This document shows positions 1 to 13,054 of a DNA stretch of 64,000 nucleotides, in pieces. How positions within the stretch are numbered: the stretch's first letter is position 1; the number at the start of each line of letters is the position of its first letter. Source of the DNA: Zygnema circumcarinatum SAG 698-1b (taxonomy: Eukaryota; Plantae; Zygnematophyceae); NCBI GenBank assembly GCA_037447605.1, contig CM074815.1, positions 62,001 to 126,000 of the forward strand, written 5' to 3'. The position numbers and the translations under genes were made by a program. Below the pieces are notes generated by a model. That model ran no database searches. It saw only the letters and a program-made list of their open reading frames with translations, and had not been told where the DNA came from.

Positions 1-3000
1 CATGCCTTCAGTACATGCCCCCGGAAACACATGCTGGTAAGGCCTCATCGAACTGCCGTTCCTTCCTCTCTTTTTCTTCAACACAGTAAGGTGTCAACAC
101 AGTAAGGTGACAGGTGTTGGTTTCTGGAGCTCTTTCTTCCTGGTGCCCATCAGAGCTTGCTCGACCACTTCTGCGTATTTGAGGTGTTAGGATTTGGGAA
201 GAGTGGATTGAAATGTTTTTAAACGTATTTTAAATTCTGCTCTCCGCTCTTGAAGAGGTCCGCCTGCGCCCGTCGGCGAACCGCGCTCTTGGAGCGATAT
301 AGCATTCTGTGTTTCGTGGATTGATTTATTTTGTGGGCTTTTTAGGGAAAGCAACTTTCAGTCCTTCCATTCTGCGCGGAATGCTTGATTCCGATGGAGT
401 GCGGATGATAGACGAAGTGTTCGGCCTTTTCGAAAAGAACAAGATATTTTGGCCGAAAGGAACTCCCCAGGGCGGACAGTTGTACACTTCCATGGACTAC
501 AATTCGACCAAGGAGGAGCAGCGGGACGTGACCTTCAAGCGCATTTTGTTTATGAGAGATCACGGCTACTTCAGGAACTGGCTGACAACCGATGATCCGG
601 AGGTGCTTAAGCAGAAGTCAGCCATGCATGAAGCGATTGGCATTTACGATCACTCTATGGGCGTCAAGCTCGGCGTGCACATCCATCTCTGGTAAGTGCA
701 GCTGCTGTCCTTCGATGGATTGGCTTTTAGAGGCACCTCGAGCCCCACGGACACTTCGATTCAAAATCTGAAGCATGTATGTATGCATGGTTTTGCATTG
801 CGCGTTGTTGGTCGTTTCTTAAGCGACCTTTACAAACTTGTCATTCCAATCTCCTCTGACGCCACCACTTCTAACGGTGGGCAGGGGAGGCGCTGTGAAG
901 TATCTGGGAACAAAACGGCATCATGACAAGTGGCTAAAAAGGACTGAAGACTATGACGTTGCTGGTTGCTTTGCACTCACAGAGCTTGGACATGGAAGCA
1001 ACGTGAGTGCTGTCTTTCTGCTCGGCTTCAGTACCTCCGATGCTGTATGGACGTTTCCGTTGCAAACAAACGAAGTGCACATACTTAATATGAACTTCGC
1101 AGTGTTCGGCCAGCTACCTGGAGGCACGCTAGGTTTTCTAACCAGAAAATTTGTTTGCTGATCGGAAGCGTCAGTCGAGATGATTTCTTTTTGTTTGTGC
1201 TGCGTTTAGGTCCCTAGGCTAAAACTGTTATTTTGACGAAAGGGGATGGCTCACATGGAGCAGGTGCGTGGAATTGAAACAATAGCGACGTACGATCCAA
1301 GTACTCAGGAGTTCATTATTACCACTCCTTCTGAATCTGCGCAGAAGTACTGGATAGGCGGTGCAGCACAGGTGAGACCTTGCTGTGCATGAAACCGTGG
1401 ACGCTTTTAGTGCAACGAATATATGCAATAGGTCCATCATAGGTGTGGCTATGGCTCCTGCAGCTGCGCTTTTTTTTAACTTTCATGATTTTTTGACCGT
1501 TGAGTAAGATTCTTCGTTGAAATCTCTCGTTCAACATAAGAATCCAGGCAGTAATTCTTTCTTTGCTTCTGGATGTGCAGCATGCAAATCATACTGTGGC
1601 GTTTGCACAACTGCACATCGGCGGAAAGAATGAAGGTGTACACGCTTTCATCGTTCAGATTAGAGATGCCCAGAGCAGAGTATGCCCGAGGATTCGCATT
1701 GCAGATTGCGGCCATAAGATCGGCCTCAATGGCGTTGACAACGGCCGGATTTGGTGAGCTCGCAAATTCATCGAGAACTGGTGGGACTTGACCATTGTGA
1801 ATTGCCACCTGGCGACAGCCAGTCGCCGCTTGCACCTTAAAGCAGGTTCTTGAGATGCTTGGAGATGCATGACTTGACTTTGGACAGGGCTGAGCACCTT
1901 GTACGAGGTTCTGCAGGTTTGACAACGTTCGCATACCACGTGAAAATCTTCTCAATGCGGTTGCTGATGTATCTCCGGACGGACATTACCAGAGTGCCAT
2001 TAGCGATGCAGATCAGGTACTTCACTAACTTGGGTCTGAGCCTGACAGTTAATCGTTGCAGCTCCTTTTTTCTGCACAGAAAGCGCATGAAGAATGTCAA
2101 CTTTAAGTATGTTATCAATTTTGCGAGAGCTACCGTGTATTTACCAATTAAATTGGAAGTGGTCTGAGAAAAAAAGGGAATGTGGTGGAGCAGCGATTCG
2201 CAGCGTTTATGGCGCCTTTGACGGGCGGAAGAGTCACGATCGCAGTTAGTGCAGTGAACCAGTGCAAGGTGGGTAGTCCTTTTTTGGGACGTGTTTGTTT
2301 CCGAGGCTTAGCTATGGCTGCTATGGACCAGTTATTTGGAAGTCTTGTTTTTCTGTCTGGTACACAAACTCAAAGACTTTGTAAAGTTGGAGCTCTCTCT
2401 CTACACTGAAGGGTTGTTTAGTGTTTTTGTAATGATTAACGATGGCTGAACATTGTACTATCACTTTCTGTAAGTTACGATGCTGGGGATTTCACAGTCT
2501 TACGGCTTAAAGGTGAAAGATACATCAGTGTTATGATTTCAAGCGAAGTCAAGGTCTTAACTCCATCAGCAACTGTGCATTACCTTGTGGCTGTATAATA
2601 TAACTTCAAAGGCGAGATGTTTCATGACACGGAAATGTCACAGAAAGGTTATGCATTACTTTCAAAATGAGCTGAGCGGCCTTTTCACATATGCTAATCA
2701 AGCCGGGCACTTTTCTCTTTTTTGTAGATTGGTCTCGCCATTGCACTCCGGTATTCTTTGAGCCGGAGGGCTTTCTCTTTGGCCCCCGGTGAAGAGGAGG
2801 TGCTTCTGTTGGACTATCCTAGCCACCAACGACGCCTTCTACCACTTCTTGCCAAGACGTAAGAATGAACAGCCATACTTAAGCTGAGAGTCGTTACCCC
2901 CCTGAACAGCATGTCAAGGTACCCAATGGCATCGTTAAAGATTTGGCGTTTCCGTTGTGTGCTGTTCCACTCCTTTGGTTTGAAAGCGTTACATTGTATT

Positions 3001-5741
3001 GACAATTCAAGGGGTTTGTGATTCAGTTCCTTTGAACAAAGTAGGTGCATTATGGAAACCCATTATGTGTTAGGATAGTGGCAGTACTCAGGATATTAGT
3101 GCATACATTTATTAGTATTTATTTTTTATTAGTTCATTTTAACTTGTCTGTGAGGTCTTCACGTTGGAAAACTAGCATCCCTTCCCATGTGAGCATAAAG
3201 TTCTGAAGGGAGAGAAAAAGAAGAGGTCGTTTCAAGCTTTGCAGACTTTACACATGCGGGTTCGCTTGGTCCTTGTCTTGGTTCAGCCACTGTCTCTATT
3301 ATTGTGTGTAGCTCTGTAGTTATTGGGGAACTGGGTTCGATAACAATGCTTGTGATTTCGCTAGGTCTTTGTCATGGACGAGGTACCTCTTGCAAGTGCT
3401 CAATTGTAGGTCGCACGGGGTTTTAATGGGGCAGTTATGCCATGAATTTCGCTTGCAACGGATTGAAAACCATTTACTTGAGCCGCCGTCCATCTGATGC
3501 GAAGACCATACACGTACAGTCCAGCGGGTACAAGGCTATGTCGTCCTGGCACATGCTTCGTACATTGCAGGTGGGTTTGACTACTAACAGCCCCCAGTAA
3601 ACTTTTTGCATGTTTTATCGTCCTGTGTTGTTTGTTCCTTTTACATAAGTGCGTCATTCTCTGGGTTTTTTTTTTTTTTTTTTTATCAGATGATTCTGCA
3701 AGCCTTACTTTCTCAGGCATGCTTACCTGTATAGACATACTGAGAATGTTGCGGTATTTTGTCTGGTTTCAGGAATGTCGGGAGGCCTGTGGGGGACAAG
3801 GCGTGCGGTCAGACAATCGCATCGGGCAACTGAAAGCGGAACACGATGTCATGGCCACTTTTGAAGGAGATAACAATGTGCTCATGCAGACGGTAAGGAG
3901 TCTGCACATTCTTGCCTCATGCTTTACCACTTGTTCCAAGTGGCGGTTTGTATTTATAGTTTACTGTAGATCTGACTCGGGACCTGTGAATCACTGCAGG
4001 TTAGTAAAGCTATACTTGGCGATTATTTTGCAGCCAAGAAAAAGGGCAAACCCCTCAGCGGCATGGGCCTGGAGCACTTGAATTCGGGAAGGCCTGTAAT
4101 CCCAACGGTTCTCGACAGAGCCACTCTCCGGAATGACCAATTTCAGGTAAGTGGAAACCTTTTTTGGAACCCACAACTGTCTTTTGAGTCAGGTTATTTT
4201 TTTATCGGTTTAAAGCGGTGTGCATGACCATCTTTTCCATTTTGGCGCATATGAGGAGCTTGTCAGTAGTGTGCTCTAGGACTGTCGTATGCTTGAACTT
4301 CCAGCTTCAACGTATTCGACTGTTTGTCCATTTTCAAGCGAATAGGATCTAACGTACGCATTTTCTAGCGCTACTTGTTTTTTTCTTTTTCCGTTTTTCC
4401 TTTGTTGAGCTCTTTCTGCATGTCGCATGAACAGCTTTCTTTATTTCAATTGAGGGAGCGTGATCTCCTGGAGCGCTTCGCCATGGAGATGTCAGAGCGG
4501 CTTTCTAAAGGCCAAGCAATGGCAGATGCTTTCAATGACGTGAGTGTAAAGTGTTCCCACAACTCGCTAAAGCTTTCAAAAAATCTAGATGACATCCCTC
4601 TATATCGCCATATGCTCTCAGCAGGAAGAACTGAAATGGAATTTCGCCTAAAGTTTGGCCTTGAATATAAGGAACGAAGTTTTGTTTGAAGGCTCCTGCT
4701 TGGTCCGTTTCATTCACTTTCGTAAGTCACTCTTTTCTTGATTGGTGCTTCTGACTTAGCTTACTTTTCTATTGCGTCGTGCCATTCTTTTCATTTTCAA
4801 AGTCACCCGTCTGATTGTGACGTGGCTCAGAGGCCAAGTCATGTGGGTGTGCTTTATTCAGTGAATACTCGTATGATGGGAAAATACTGAACAGAACAGA
4901 ATGGCCTGCGTGGAAAAACAGAGCTATCAGCTGGCGACAGACCTCGGCAGAGCGCATGCTGAGCGGGAGGTGCTGGAGGCCATTCAGGCGGCTGCGAGCG
5001 GTGCTCCTTCCGGGGTGAAGGTTAGTGGAGGAGCGGATGCCTTCTCTTCCTCATCCTTCCTCCTTCGCAAGCGAAACATGCTCGTTTCAGCTTTCAGGCG
5101 GATGTGAAACATGCCAGATTCAAGACGAGCTTCTGTCCTTGTTTCCGTAATGTAGTATTTGTAACTTGAAGACATTGGCAGCTCGTATCTGCGGGCGAAT
5201 GGTGTGGGACGCCTGTGGTCATAGGGACAAGGCATGCGATCTAACGGACCTGAATGAAGTTGTTGTAGATGCAGCTTGGCCTCACGCTTTCTTCCATTCC
5301 TTGGCTGCTTGCAGGAGGTTATCGCGCTTATGGCGACAATGTATACTCTGTCTACCGTGGACGAAGACACGGTGTTTCTCAGGTCAGGATTTCTTCTCAG
5401 TTATCCCGATGTGCGTTCCTGGGGGTCTTGAAACTGTGGAGCTGGGCATGCGGTGGCAATCGTTGTGTCCAAGCAGCGGGTGGTTGAATGGGAAGGAGAG
5501 GGGAGGTGTGCGGGGCAGGTACGAGTACCTATCGGGTGAACAGGCTCAGGCTGTGCACCGGGAGGTGGCGGTGCTATGCGCAGAGATGCGGTCGCAGGCG
5601 CTGGACCTGGTGCAGGCGTTGGGGCTGCCGCCACACTTGCTGGGGCCCATCGCCTTCGACTGGGTGGACTTCAACGCTTGGCGCAATGTGGAGAACTCCT
5701 TGCCCGCCAGCGCCTCCTGCCCGCACCACGCGCAGCTCTAA
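1..5741 (+). CDS. ACX3: Peroxisomal acyl-CoA oxidase, ACX3 (medium-chain) type; about 16 exons, start codon upstream of the window
   Basis: Spliced GT-AG exons give CLQYMPPE (1-36), ..[11 protein letters not shown] (346-691), [13 protein letters not shown] (885-1002), [21 protein letters not shown] (1264-1371), [62 protein letters not shown] and last exon 5519-5741 ..[14 protein letters not shown]. These motifs match plant ACX3. Confidence 0.93.
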
Positions 5742-6366
5742 GGGCGCGTGGCAAAGCAGGCCGCTCCGTTATGTAGCAAAATCATATTCTTTAATTTTTC
5801 TTTAGTAGTTCAATGCGTTCTTCTTTGGCCTCCACTTGTTTGATCTTTCCGTGTGAGTAACGAAAGAATGGCAAGTGGAGACATACCAAGCTTCTGCTTT
5901 GCAGAGGTGCTTCTGCTTTCCACTTGTAGTTTGCAACTTTTGCCCACACTGACCTTTTGCGGCTCGGAATTATACCCACTGCGCATTGCATCTGCCCGAC
6001 TTCCAAGGGCAAACAAAAACATTCTTAAGAAGTGATATTTTTCAAGCGGTGGATAACTAAACTACACAACTAAATTCTGTACAAAAGTCACCTCCTGCTT
6101 AATCTCAGCGCCACCCGCTGCTGCATATCACCATCCGACAGCCGTAAAATTTGCCTTTTTCTACATTAGTCATAAACAGCACCCGGATTCTGAAGCCCCC
6201 TCCGCTGGCACTTCCAGCGAAATCACGGATCAAACTGGTTCTATGCTCAGAATTGTTGTTTCAGAGGTCCGTGCGCAGGCCACGTTGTGGGACGGAGCGA
6301 TCCTTCACTACCATCCGGGAGCTTCCAATTCGATTCCTACAAAAAGAGGCGGGGGTGGAGACGAGC

Positions 6367-9084
6367 TCAGACGCGCAAAATCTGAAGCTTGTTCGAGAAG
6401 GCGATGGCCACCCAGTCCGGCTGCGTGGAGGACCACTGCAGCTGGTTGATCTCCGCGCCCGCCGTGTACGCCAAGATGGGGTCGAGCCCGCCGTCCACCG
6501 GCTGGCTGATGCAGGACAGGTCCCATATCAGTGCTTGGGAGTCGTCGCCCGCAGTGCAGATGTGGCAGGAGCTGTGAGGAGCCCATGCCACCGCATTCAC
6601 TCCTAAGACATGCCGCTGCACAGGGGGCGGTGTCGCATGCTGTCAGTTCCATGCTCTTTACACAGATAACATGCATAAAATATGACACTGAACATATTTC
6701 TCAGACCGCCCAGAAACAAAAAAAAATGGAGCGCCGCATCCAGTCAAAGTTATCTCCTTGCCTCCAGACTTCCGTATCTGATGCAATTTTGCATCACAGT
6801 CTACATCAAACACCGTGGCACCTCGACGTTACAGAAAAAACGCAAGGAAAATTGAAAGACAAAACAGAAGCACTCATGGATAACAACGAAGCTTGGAAAC
6901 GAGGAGACCAGCTGGGAAATGAAACCAGAAAACAGTCTACGCACATATAGAATCATTTCATACCCAACCCCGTCCACCCCTCTCCTCTTCTCCCACACTC
7001 GCCCTGTCAATCCTGACGTGTTCAAGCTTAATATGCAGTAGAAGAGTATCCTCTGACCTGCAGTTCCGCCACGGGCATCGTAGGAAATCTAATGTCCAGC
7101 ACCACAACCTTCGGGGAGTCCATCAGAATGGTGGCCATGTAGCGTGGGTCTTGCTTGTTCCATCCCAAACGCAGCAGAGGAGTCTCCGGCTGTGGACTCT
7201 CGTATATGATGGTTGAGTGCTCTTTGTCTCTCAGGTCGAACACTCTCACAGAGCCGTCAGCTGCACAGCCCGAAATGCAAATAAGCAATGAAACGAACAA
7301 CAGCTTGAATGACGAAGACCGAGAGATTGAAGGAGGCTTAAGCAGGTAACCATTGGACCTCGCAGTAGTTAATTCCATGGACGGTTTCGCCGTACGGAGG
7401 TGAATTATGAGTCAAATCAAATGAAATTCTGATCCTCAAGTAGGACAAGATACAAAATCCCCTTCGCCAAACGAATCAGACCCACATTCAGAGGCCATCC
7501 TCCAAGTTTTTTTGCAGAATTTTCAAATTTACTATATTCATTTTATTTTAGAGCTTGGCTTCTTCTGCTTTCTTCTGCAGTGGAAAGGAGTTCTTGACAT
7601 TTCGAGTTGGCCGAATCCTCCAAGGCTCCAGCCATAGTTAATTGCTGAAAAATGAAAATTTTCTCACCTGAAACTGACGCAAAGACACCGACGCCTCCCC
7701 ATGCAATATCATAAACCTCTTTGTCGTGCGCAATAAGTTGCGTATCTACTACCTCCTTTTCCATGTCCCAAATTGTGCATGTTGTGTCGATGCTGCAGAT
7801 CAACCAGCATACATTTCTCAGTCACGATAGACCTGCTTGTAACTATCGCATAAGCACTAGCGCAGTTTGGACAATTGAATGCATAGAAGCCTATTCCACC
7901 TTCTGCCCTCAAGGCCGTAAGACAAACTTCAAACTCCACAAGTTCCGGAAGTTCCGAGCAGAAGCATGGCTTTCGACTGAAGCTGAACTGGCGATTTAGA
8001 GTTAGCTGCTGCAGCAATTTCATCTCCAATTCAAAATAACACTAGCTTTTCGGCGAAACGTGAAGAGAAGGGTGGCAGAAAGGGAGGCATACCTGGAGGT
8101 GCCGAGTCGTTTTGGTTCAGACTCATTCCAATCAAATGATGTCAAAGGTGCACAAAACTCGCTATTCTTGTTATTGTTCAGAGTGCTCTTTAGCTTTACA
8201 CCTCCCTCCTCCACCTGCCATAGCAATGCAGTGAGAGCATTAAGTCATCATCACCACCCAGCCTTACTAAAAATCAACTGCTCGAGGCCCATCCTCAGGC
8301 TTGAAGGCTAAAATGAAATGGGACCATGAATAATGTATGATGACTGGGTAGACAAAGAGATGAACACAAGGTTTTGAAAGAAGGAAGATCAGTTCAATGA
8401 AAGGGTAAAGTTCAAACCTCCCAAATGCGAAGGAAGTCGCCAGTAGTTGCGATAAGGTCAGGCTTTTGGCATTCCTTGTCCGGAATGAACATTATCTTTG
8501 TCGTCGGGTACGGATGTTCAAACGACAGCGCAGGATCACTTTTAAACTCTCCTGTTTCGTCATCCAGCTGTACAATTTCCACCTGAAACTCAAACAAAAT
8601 GCTGGGGTTTGAAGTACTTGCCCATAATCTCCACCTAAATACATTTTTCTGACCTAATTCTGCTTTCTTCATAGATTAAAAGCGCTCGCCAACGATTACC
8701 TACTCCAATCTACACGCTGTTTCACGCGTACGCAGCGAACTACAGGTTGAAATCATTATGTGAGTGCAAACAAGCTGAGCTTGAAGCCTTTAGTAATTGC
8801 GTCCATCCAAAAATACTATTTGCATATAACAGCGTTCCTAAATTCTGCGTGTGTCACGAAGAAGCATTTAAGGTTTGGAGGAGCTGCTCGTCCTGCGACC
8901 AGTCAGAGCAGGGACGCAGGGCCGTGCTCACCTTGTTGCGATACTCTTCAATGAAACTTCCGATGGCAAGTCTGAATTTTTTATCACGCCGAACGCTCCA
9001 ATTCATACCATAGATGAGCCACGGAGCGTCATAAGTGTAGATCTCTGCTCGCTTCCTCGGAATGTTATCACTGTAAATGTCCAT
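6367..9084 (-). CDS. LWD1: WD40 protein of the LWD1/TTG1/AN11 (DCAF7) family, 6 exons
   Basis: [37 protein letters not shown]; [26 protein letters not shown]; [19 protein letters not shown]; [14 protein letters not shown]; [21 protein letters not shown]; [38 protein letters not shown]. Intron phases are consistent. Confidence 0.93.
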
Positions 9085-9671
9085 CCAATGCTTCAAAAGA
9101 GCTGCGAAGCGACGTCCCGCTGCCGCCTCTTGCGCGGTTGCGGCGAGCTGTGCCTACAATACTCGCGACTCTCCGGCCATGCACGGCATGCCTTGCCTTA
9201 TCCTTCCGCTAAATCCCGGCAGTGATCGACGCGTGGCAAATCTCCTTCTTCTCCTTCGCCGCCCCCCGTCCACGGCCCTGTCCACCTGCAATGCACTCTC
9301 CTCTGCCCCTTCAGCCTCCCTCCCTCCCTCCCTCCCTTCCTCCCTCTCTTCCTCCCTCTCTTCCTCCCTCTCTCTCCCTCGCGCTCGCCCTCTGCAGCGG
9401 TATCGGCAGCGGGCAGGGGCGGCCGCACAAGCACCAGAGTCCACCTGCCACATCCACATCCACATCCACATCCAAATCTCGATCCACTTCTCCGAGTCCA
9501 CCCTCGATCCGGATCAAGACCGCTCGCTGCCGACCACGGCGCCAAGCCCCGCCCTTCCCAGAACCGTCCTCCGCTCCATGCTGCCCATCAGTTCCGAGCA
9601 GCGTTCCCTCCGTAGGATCCCCCCTCATAGACCCCATAGAACAGCCTCGAATATTCCCGACCCCTACCTGC

Positions 9672-9878
9672 CACGTGTCGTGATCTCGTCGATCAAATGA
9701 CTCATGTGAACCGTCCGATGGGGAAAGGTCTGTCCGTACAGAGGGCGTGGGCTGAGCACACGTGCCGCCATGTGCTTTCGTCACGTGGCAGACCGAAGCT
9801 GCGGAGGTCGATCCCAGCGCGCCACGCGGCGCGTGGCGGCGGACACGTGGCTTGTGGCGGGCACTCCTTTGACGTGGC
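9672..9878. promoter_or_regulatory. Cluster of G-box/ABRE motifs in the divergent LWD1-COR413 intergenic region
   Basis: CACGTG at about 9672, 9759, 9782 and 9844 and GACGTGGC at 9871; three match ACGTGGC. Confidence 0.5.
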
Positions 9879-10346
9879 GTCTGGGCAGGCCGCGAGGCGC
9901 GGCGCCGGACCAGTTCAGAAAATACTTTTGAGGCTGCCGTTCTTTTTTTGGTTTTTAATTATTTTTCTTTTCGCTTCGCGGCTCCATTTCCCGCCTCGCG
10001 CCTCGCGGCGGGAAAACCGTCCTGGGGGCGCTCGCGAAAACATTTTTCAAAGATGGTCCGATCCTGTCCGGGCCGCGCCGGCCGGCGGACGCGGGGCCCT
10101 GCGCGGCTCCTTCGAAATCGCCCCCGGGCGGGTCCGCAATGTTTTAAGATCCTGCCCGCGCCGTACGGTCTGTGACTGCGGGAGGGACCGTACGGCTGCA
10201 CTGGCGGAAGGGGGCAAGGGCTAGGGGGGAAGGCCTCACCGTGGTCTTATCGCGCTCTCTCTCGCTCCCTCTGGCTCTCTCGCTCCCTCTGGCTCTCTCG
10301 CTTTCCCCCTCTCTCTCTCGCTCGCAGAAAGCAGTGGTGGGGCGCC

Positions 10347-11855
10347 ATGGTCTCGCCATCATTCGGCACGCACGGGTCGCACCTGCAGATGGTGAAGGAG
10401 GCCATCCTGGGCCATGAAGACAGCGCCTTTCTGGCATGGGCCACGCATCGTTGGGCTCCAGCGCAGTGGATTCTGCTCGCCGCTGCCTTGTCAGTGACTT
10501 ATGCTTTCAATTTGGGAACTGCGTTGCCTTCGTAGCTATTCAGCGTTCTGCCTAGGTCTGACAGGTGCTGCTGATATGCATTCGTCACCTGTTTGAGTTC
10601 CCTTTCGAGCGTTTGGATCATTCTTTGTCCCGAATCTGAAGGGCATTACCGAAATGGTTGAATGTTGGTGTTGGGGGGGAGTTTAGTTAAGGAGAAAAGA
10701 TGACTAGGAGCGTTTCGGCGATGGTTTTTTTTTTTTAATCAAGTTCAGTGAGCATTAGTTTCCCACAATGATGATTTCTCGATGCTTAATTTTTCAGAGT
10801 ACTCCTCGCACTGGAGCATACTGAATGGCGGTCACCTCTCCTCGTTGGTCTGCTCGTGCCTCTCATTTTTATCAATGCACCAGACATGGTGTTTGAGTTT
10901 TTCAGGTAAGTGCTGGTGACGGTAAAAGTTTCGAAGTAAAGAAAGAAAGAGGAACAAAGCAGAGGGAGGGGAAATGGTTTCTTCTTGCATCGCTGGTTTG
11001 GAGGGTTGAGCCAAGTCAGAGACGGTGCATTCACACTTTTCCCAATGTATTGTGCAATCAGTGTATTCCTTTTTTCTGACGACTGAGCGTGAAGTGTAAC
11101 TGTTCGTGGATTTCCCCTTTTTTTTTGTGATTGTACAGGAATGAGCCGGGCCATTGGATCGCTTTCGTTGTTGTGCTTGGAGTTCTCTACACGCCTCCTC
11201 TTTACATTCCTCGTAAGCTGCTTTTCCAGGATGGGCTCCACCGCAGTCCACAGTATGGCACATGCACACATAGCGTCCACATCCCCATACTATCTTATAC
11301 ACATGCAGAATTTCGCGGAGAGTGTTCGATGCCAGCAATGGTTTTGCACAATATTCCCTTTTCTAATTTTCTGGAAAACCTTAGATAGCACTACGATTCA
11401 GACGTTGTTCTTTGTATGATTTGTTTCATTTGACAAAGGTGGCACGTGGTTATTTTGTTATAGCAGATGAAAGACCCCTCGATGCATCCTCTTCGAGGAT
11501 GGGTAGTACAGACGCATCAATGGAACACTATCACGACTGAATATTTACACACTTTCTGTAAATGCTGACTTTTTTTGTAAATGCTGTTATTGCAGCTCCA
11601 ACGAACCTATGGGCTTCTATTCTTCTTTTGATTGTCGTTGCGCCTGCTTGGATCGTGGGCCTTCGCTATACGATCTGGGGAGTGATTCTGAGCCTTGTTA
11701 TTGCGGCCGTCTTGGCGGTTCAGCATGTTCTTGATGCAAATAACGACCCTGAAGGCCCACAGAGCACTTTCACTCACCAGAGGAGGCTCCCAACTACAAT
11801 TGCACTTATCTTGACGATAGTCATTCCGATATATTTCTTTTTTGGCGGCTTTTGA
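10347..11855 (+). CDS. COR413: COR413 (WCOR413) cold-acclimation multi-pass membrane protein, 4 exons
   Basis: Exons about 10347-10489, 10798-10905, 11139-11212, 11595-11855 join to QWILLAAAL-VLLALEHTEWRSPLLVGLLVPLIFINAPDMVFEFFR-NEPGHWIAFVVVL..ILLLIVVAP..QHV..TFTH..TIALIL. This parallels COR413-PM (LILDRTNWR..LLVPYIF..GKWIAF..ILLLVVAP..QEHI). The start may be 10347 or 10389. Confidence 0.8.
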
Positions 11856-13054
11856 GGTGGTTTACCTTTTGTTGTCCGGGTTAAACACTCTAAGCTTGAG
11901 GTCTAGTGTCTGAAGAATGAGATCACAGACACGCATTTTTGGTGGATGACTTCTTAAAGAAGTAGGTCTTCCGAGGAAAACTTTCCTTTTTTTAGAGTTT
12001 CAGCACGAAACGTACATTTCTGCCTCTATCCTTGAGTTTCAGGTTTTGTTGCGAGAACTAGAAGACATGTATGTCCATGGGTTCACTAACACCTCACCCC
12101 TGTATCATCCTGCAAGGTTGCCGCCCTAAAAGCGTTTTTTGTTCCAGTTTAGCCTTGCGGCTTCTCAATCCTGATTGCATGAAATAATTCTTGCAAACAA
12201 ACTGGACGTCATGCATGCGTTTATGCATTGTAACTGTGAAGGCGGGAACGGACATGCAATGTTGGGCGTCACAAGGGATATCGTGTGTTTAATCGTCCTT
12301 AGTAAGGAAGGCTGGCTGCCTTTTGGCGCTCTATCACGACATGTGTTGGTGGTGAGAGATGTTTTTGAACTTCCTGCTCCCTGGCAGCCGCTCCCCTTGG
12401 GAGGCGTAACTCGCGACAGTGCTGCATGTGTCTTTGAGCACCGAGGTTTTATGTTTGCCAATGTCTAACACATTTGACAAAGTAAGCATTGTTTGCTATG
12501 CAGTCAACATCTAAGGATGCAATCCCGAGATTACCAAACCCGTGTTACCTGCCCTTCTACGCATGACGCCATACGCAGGCATGTCAAGGTCTACCTGCGG
12601 ATCAGAACGAGGGTCCTACAAAATAAAATGTCCGGAACAGTGAACCGTCTGATTGTATATGATGTGATTATATGCATTCATTCTCTTTAAAAAATGTGGC
12701 TAAAACAATTATACGCTCTAGCCGTGCTTATACGGCAGAACTACATCAGGCTCTATATTTAGCGGATGAGGACTTGTTACAGGTCCGTATTAGAATTGAA
12801 GCAGAAGCAGAGGACGCTCCACCAAGAACCCTTCCTAAAGCACTCCATGAAGGTTTAATTTACAAGCCACGCCTACCGTATTAATATGTAAGAATGAACT
12901 GCATCCATAAAGCCCCCCTGCCTTCAGTTGCACGGTGCAAAGCGCCACAAGACAGCGATCTCGCCAGATGCCGACGCGGTGGCACGTCTTTCAATTCCCC
13001 CCCCCCCCTCTCCCTCTCCTCCCTCTCTCTCCCGCGTGGGTAACGCCGCCTCGC

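Noticed and set aside
78-109. Exact 16-bp tandem duplication TCAACACAGTAAGGTG
   Set aside because: Ordinary intronic slippage or repair duplication with no TIR or element.
12672-12884. Protein-like ORF AELHQALYLADEDLLQVRIRIE..
   Set aside because: Short, no recognisable family or splice partners; lies between convergent 3' ends.
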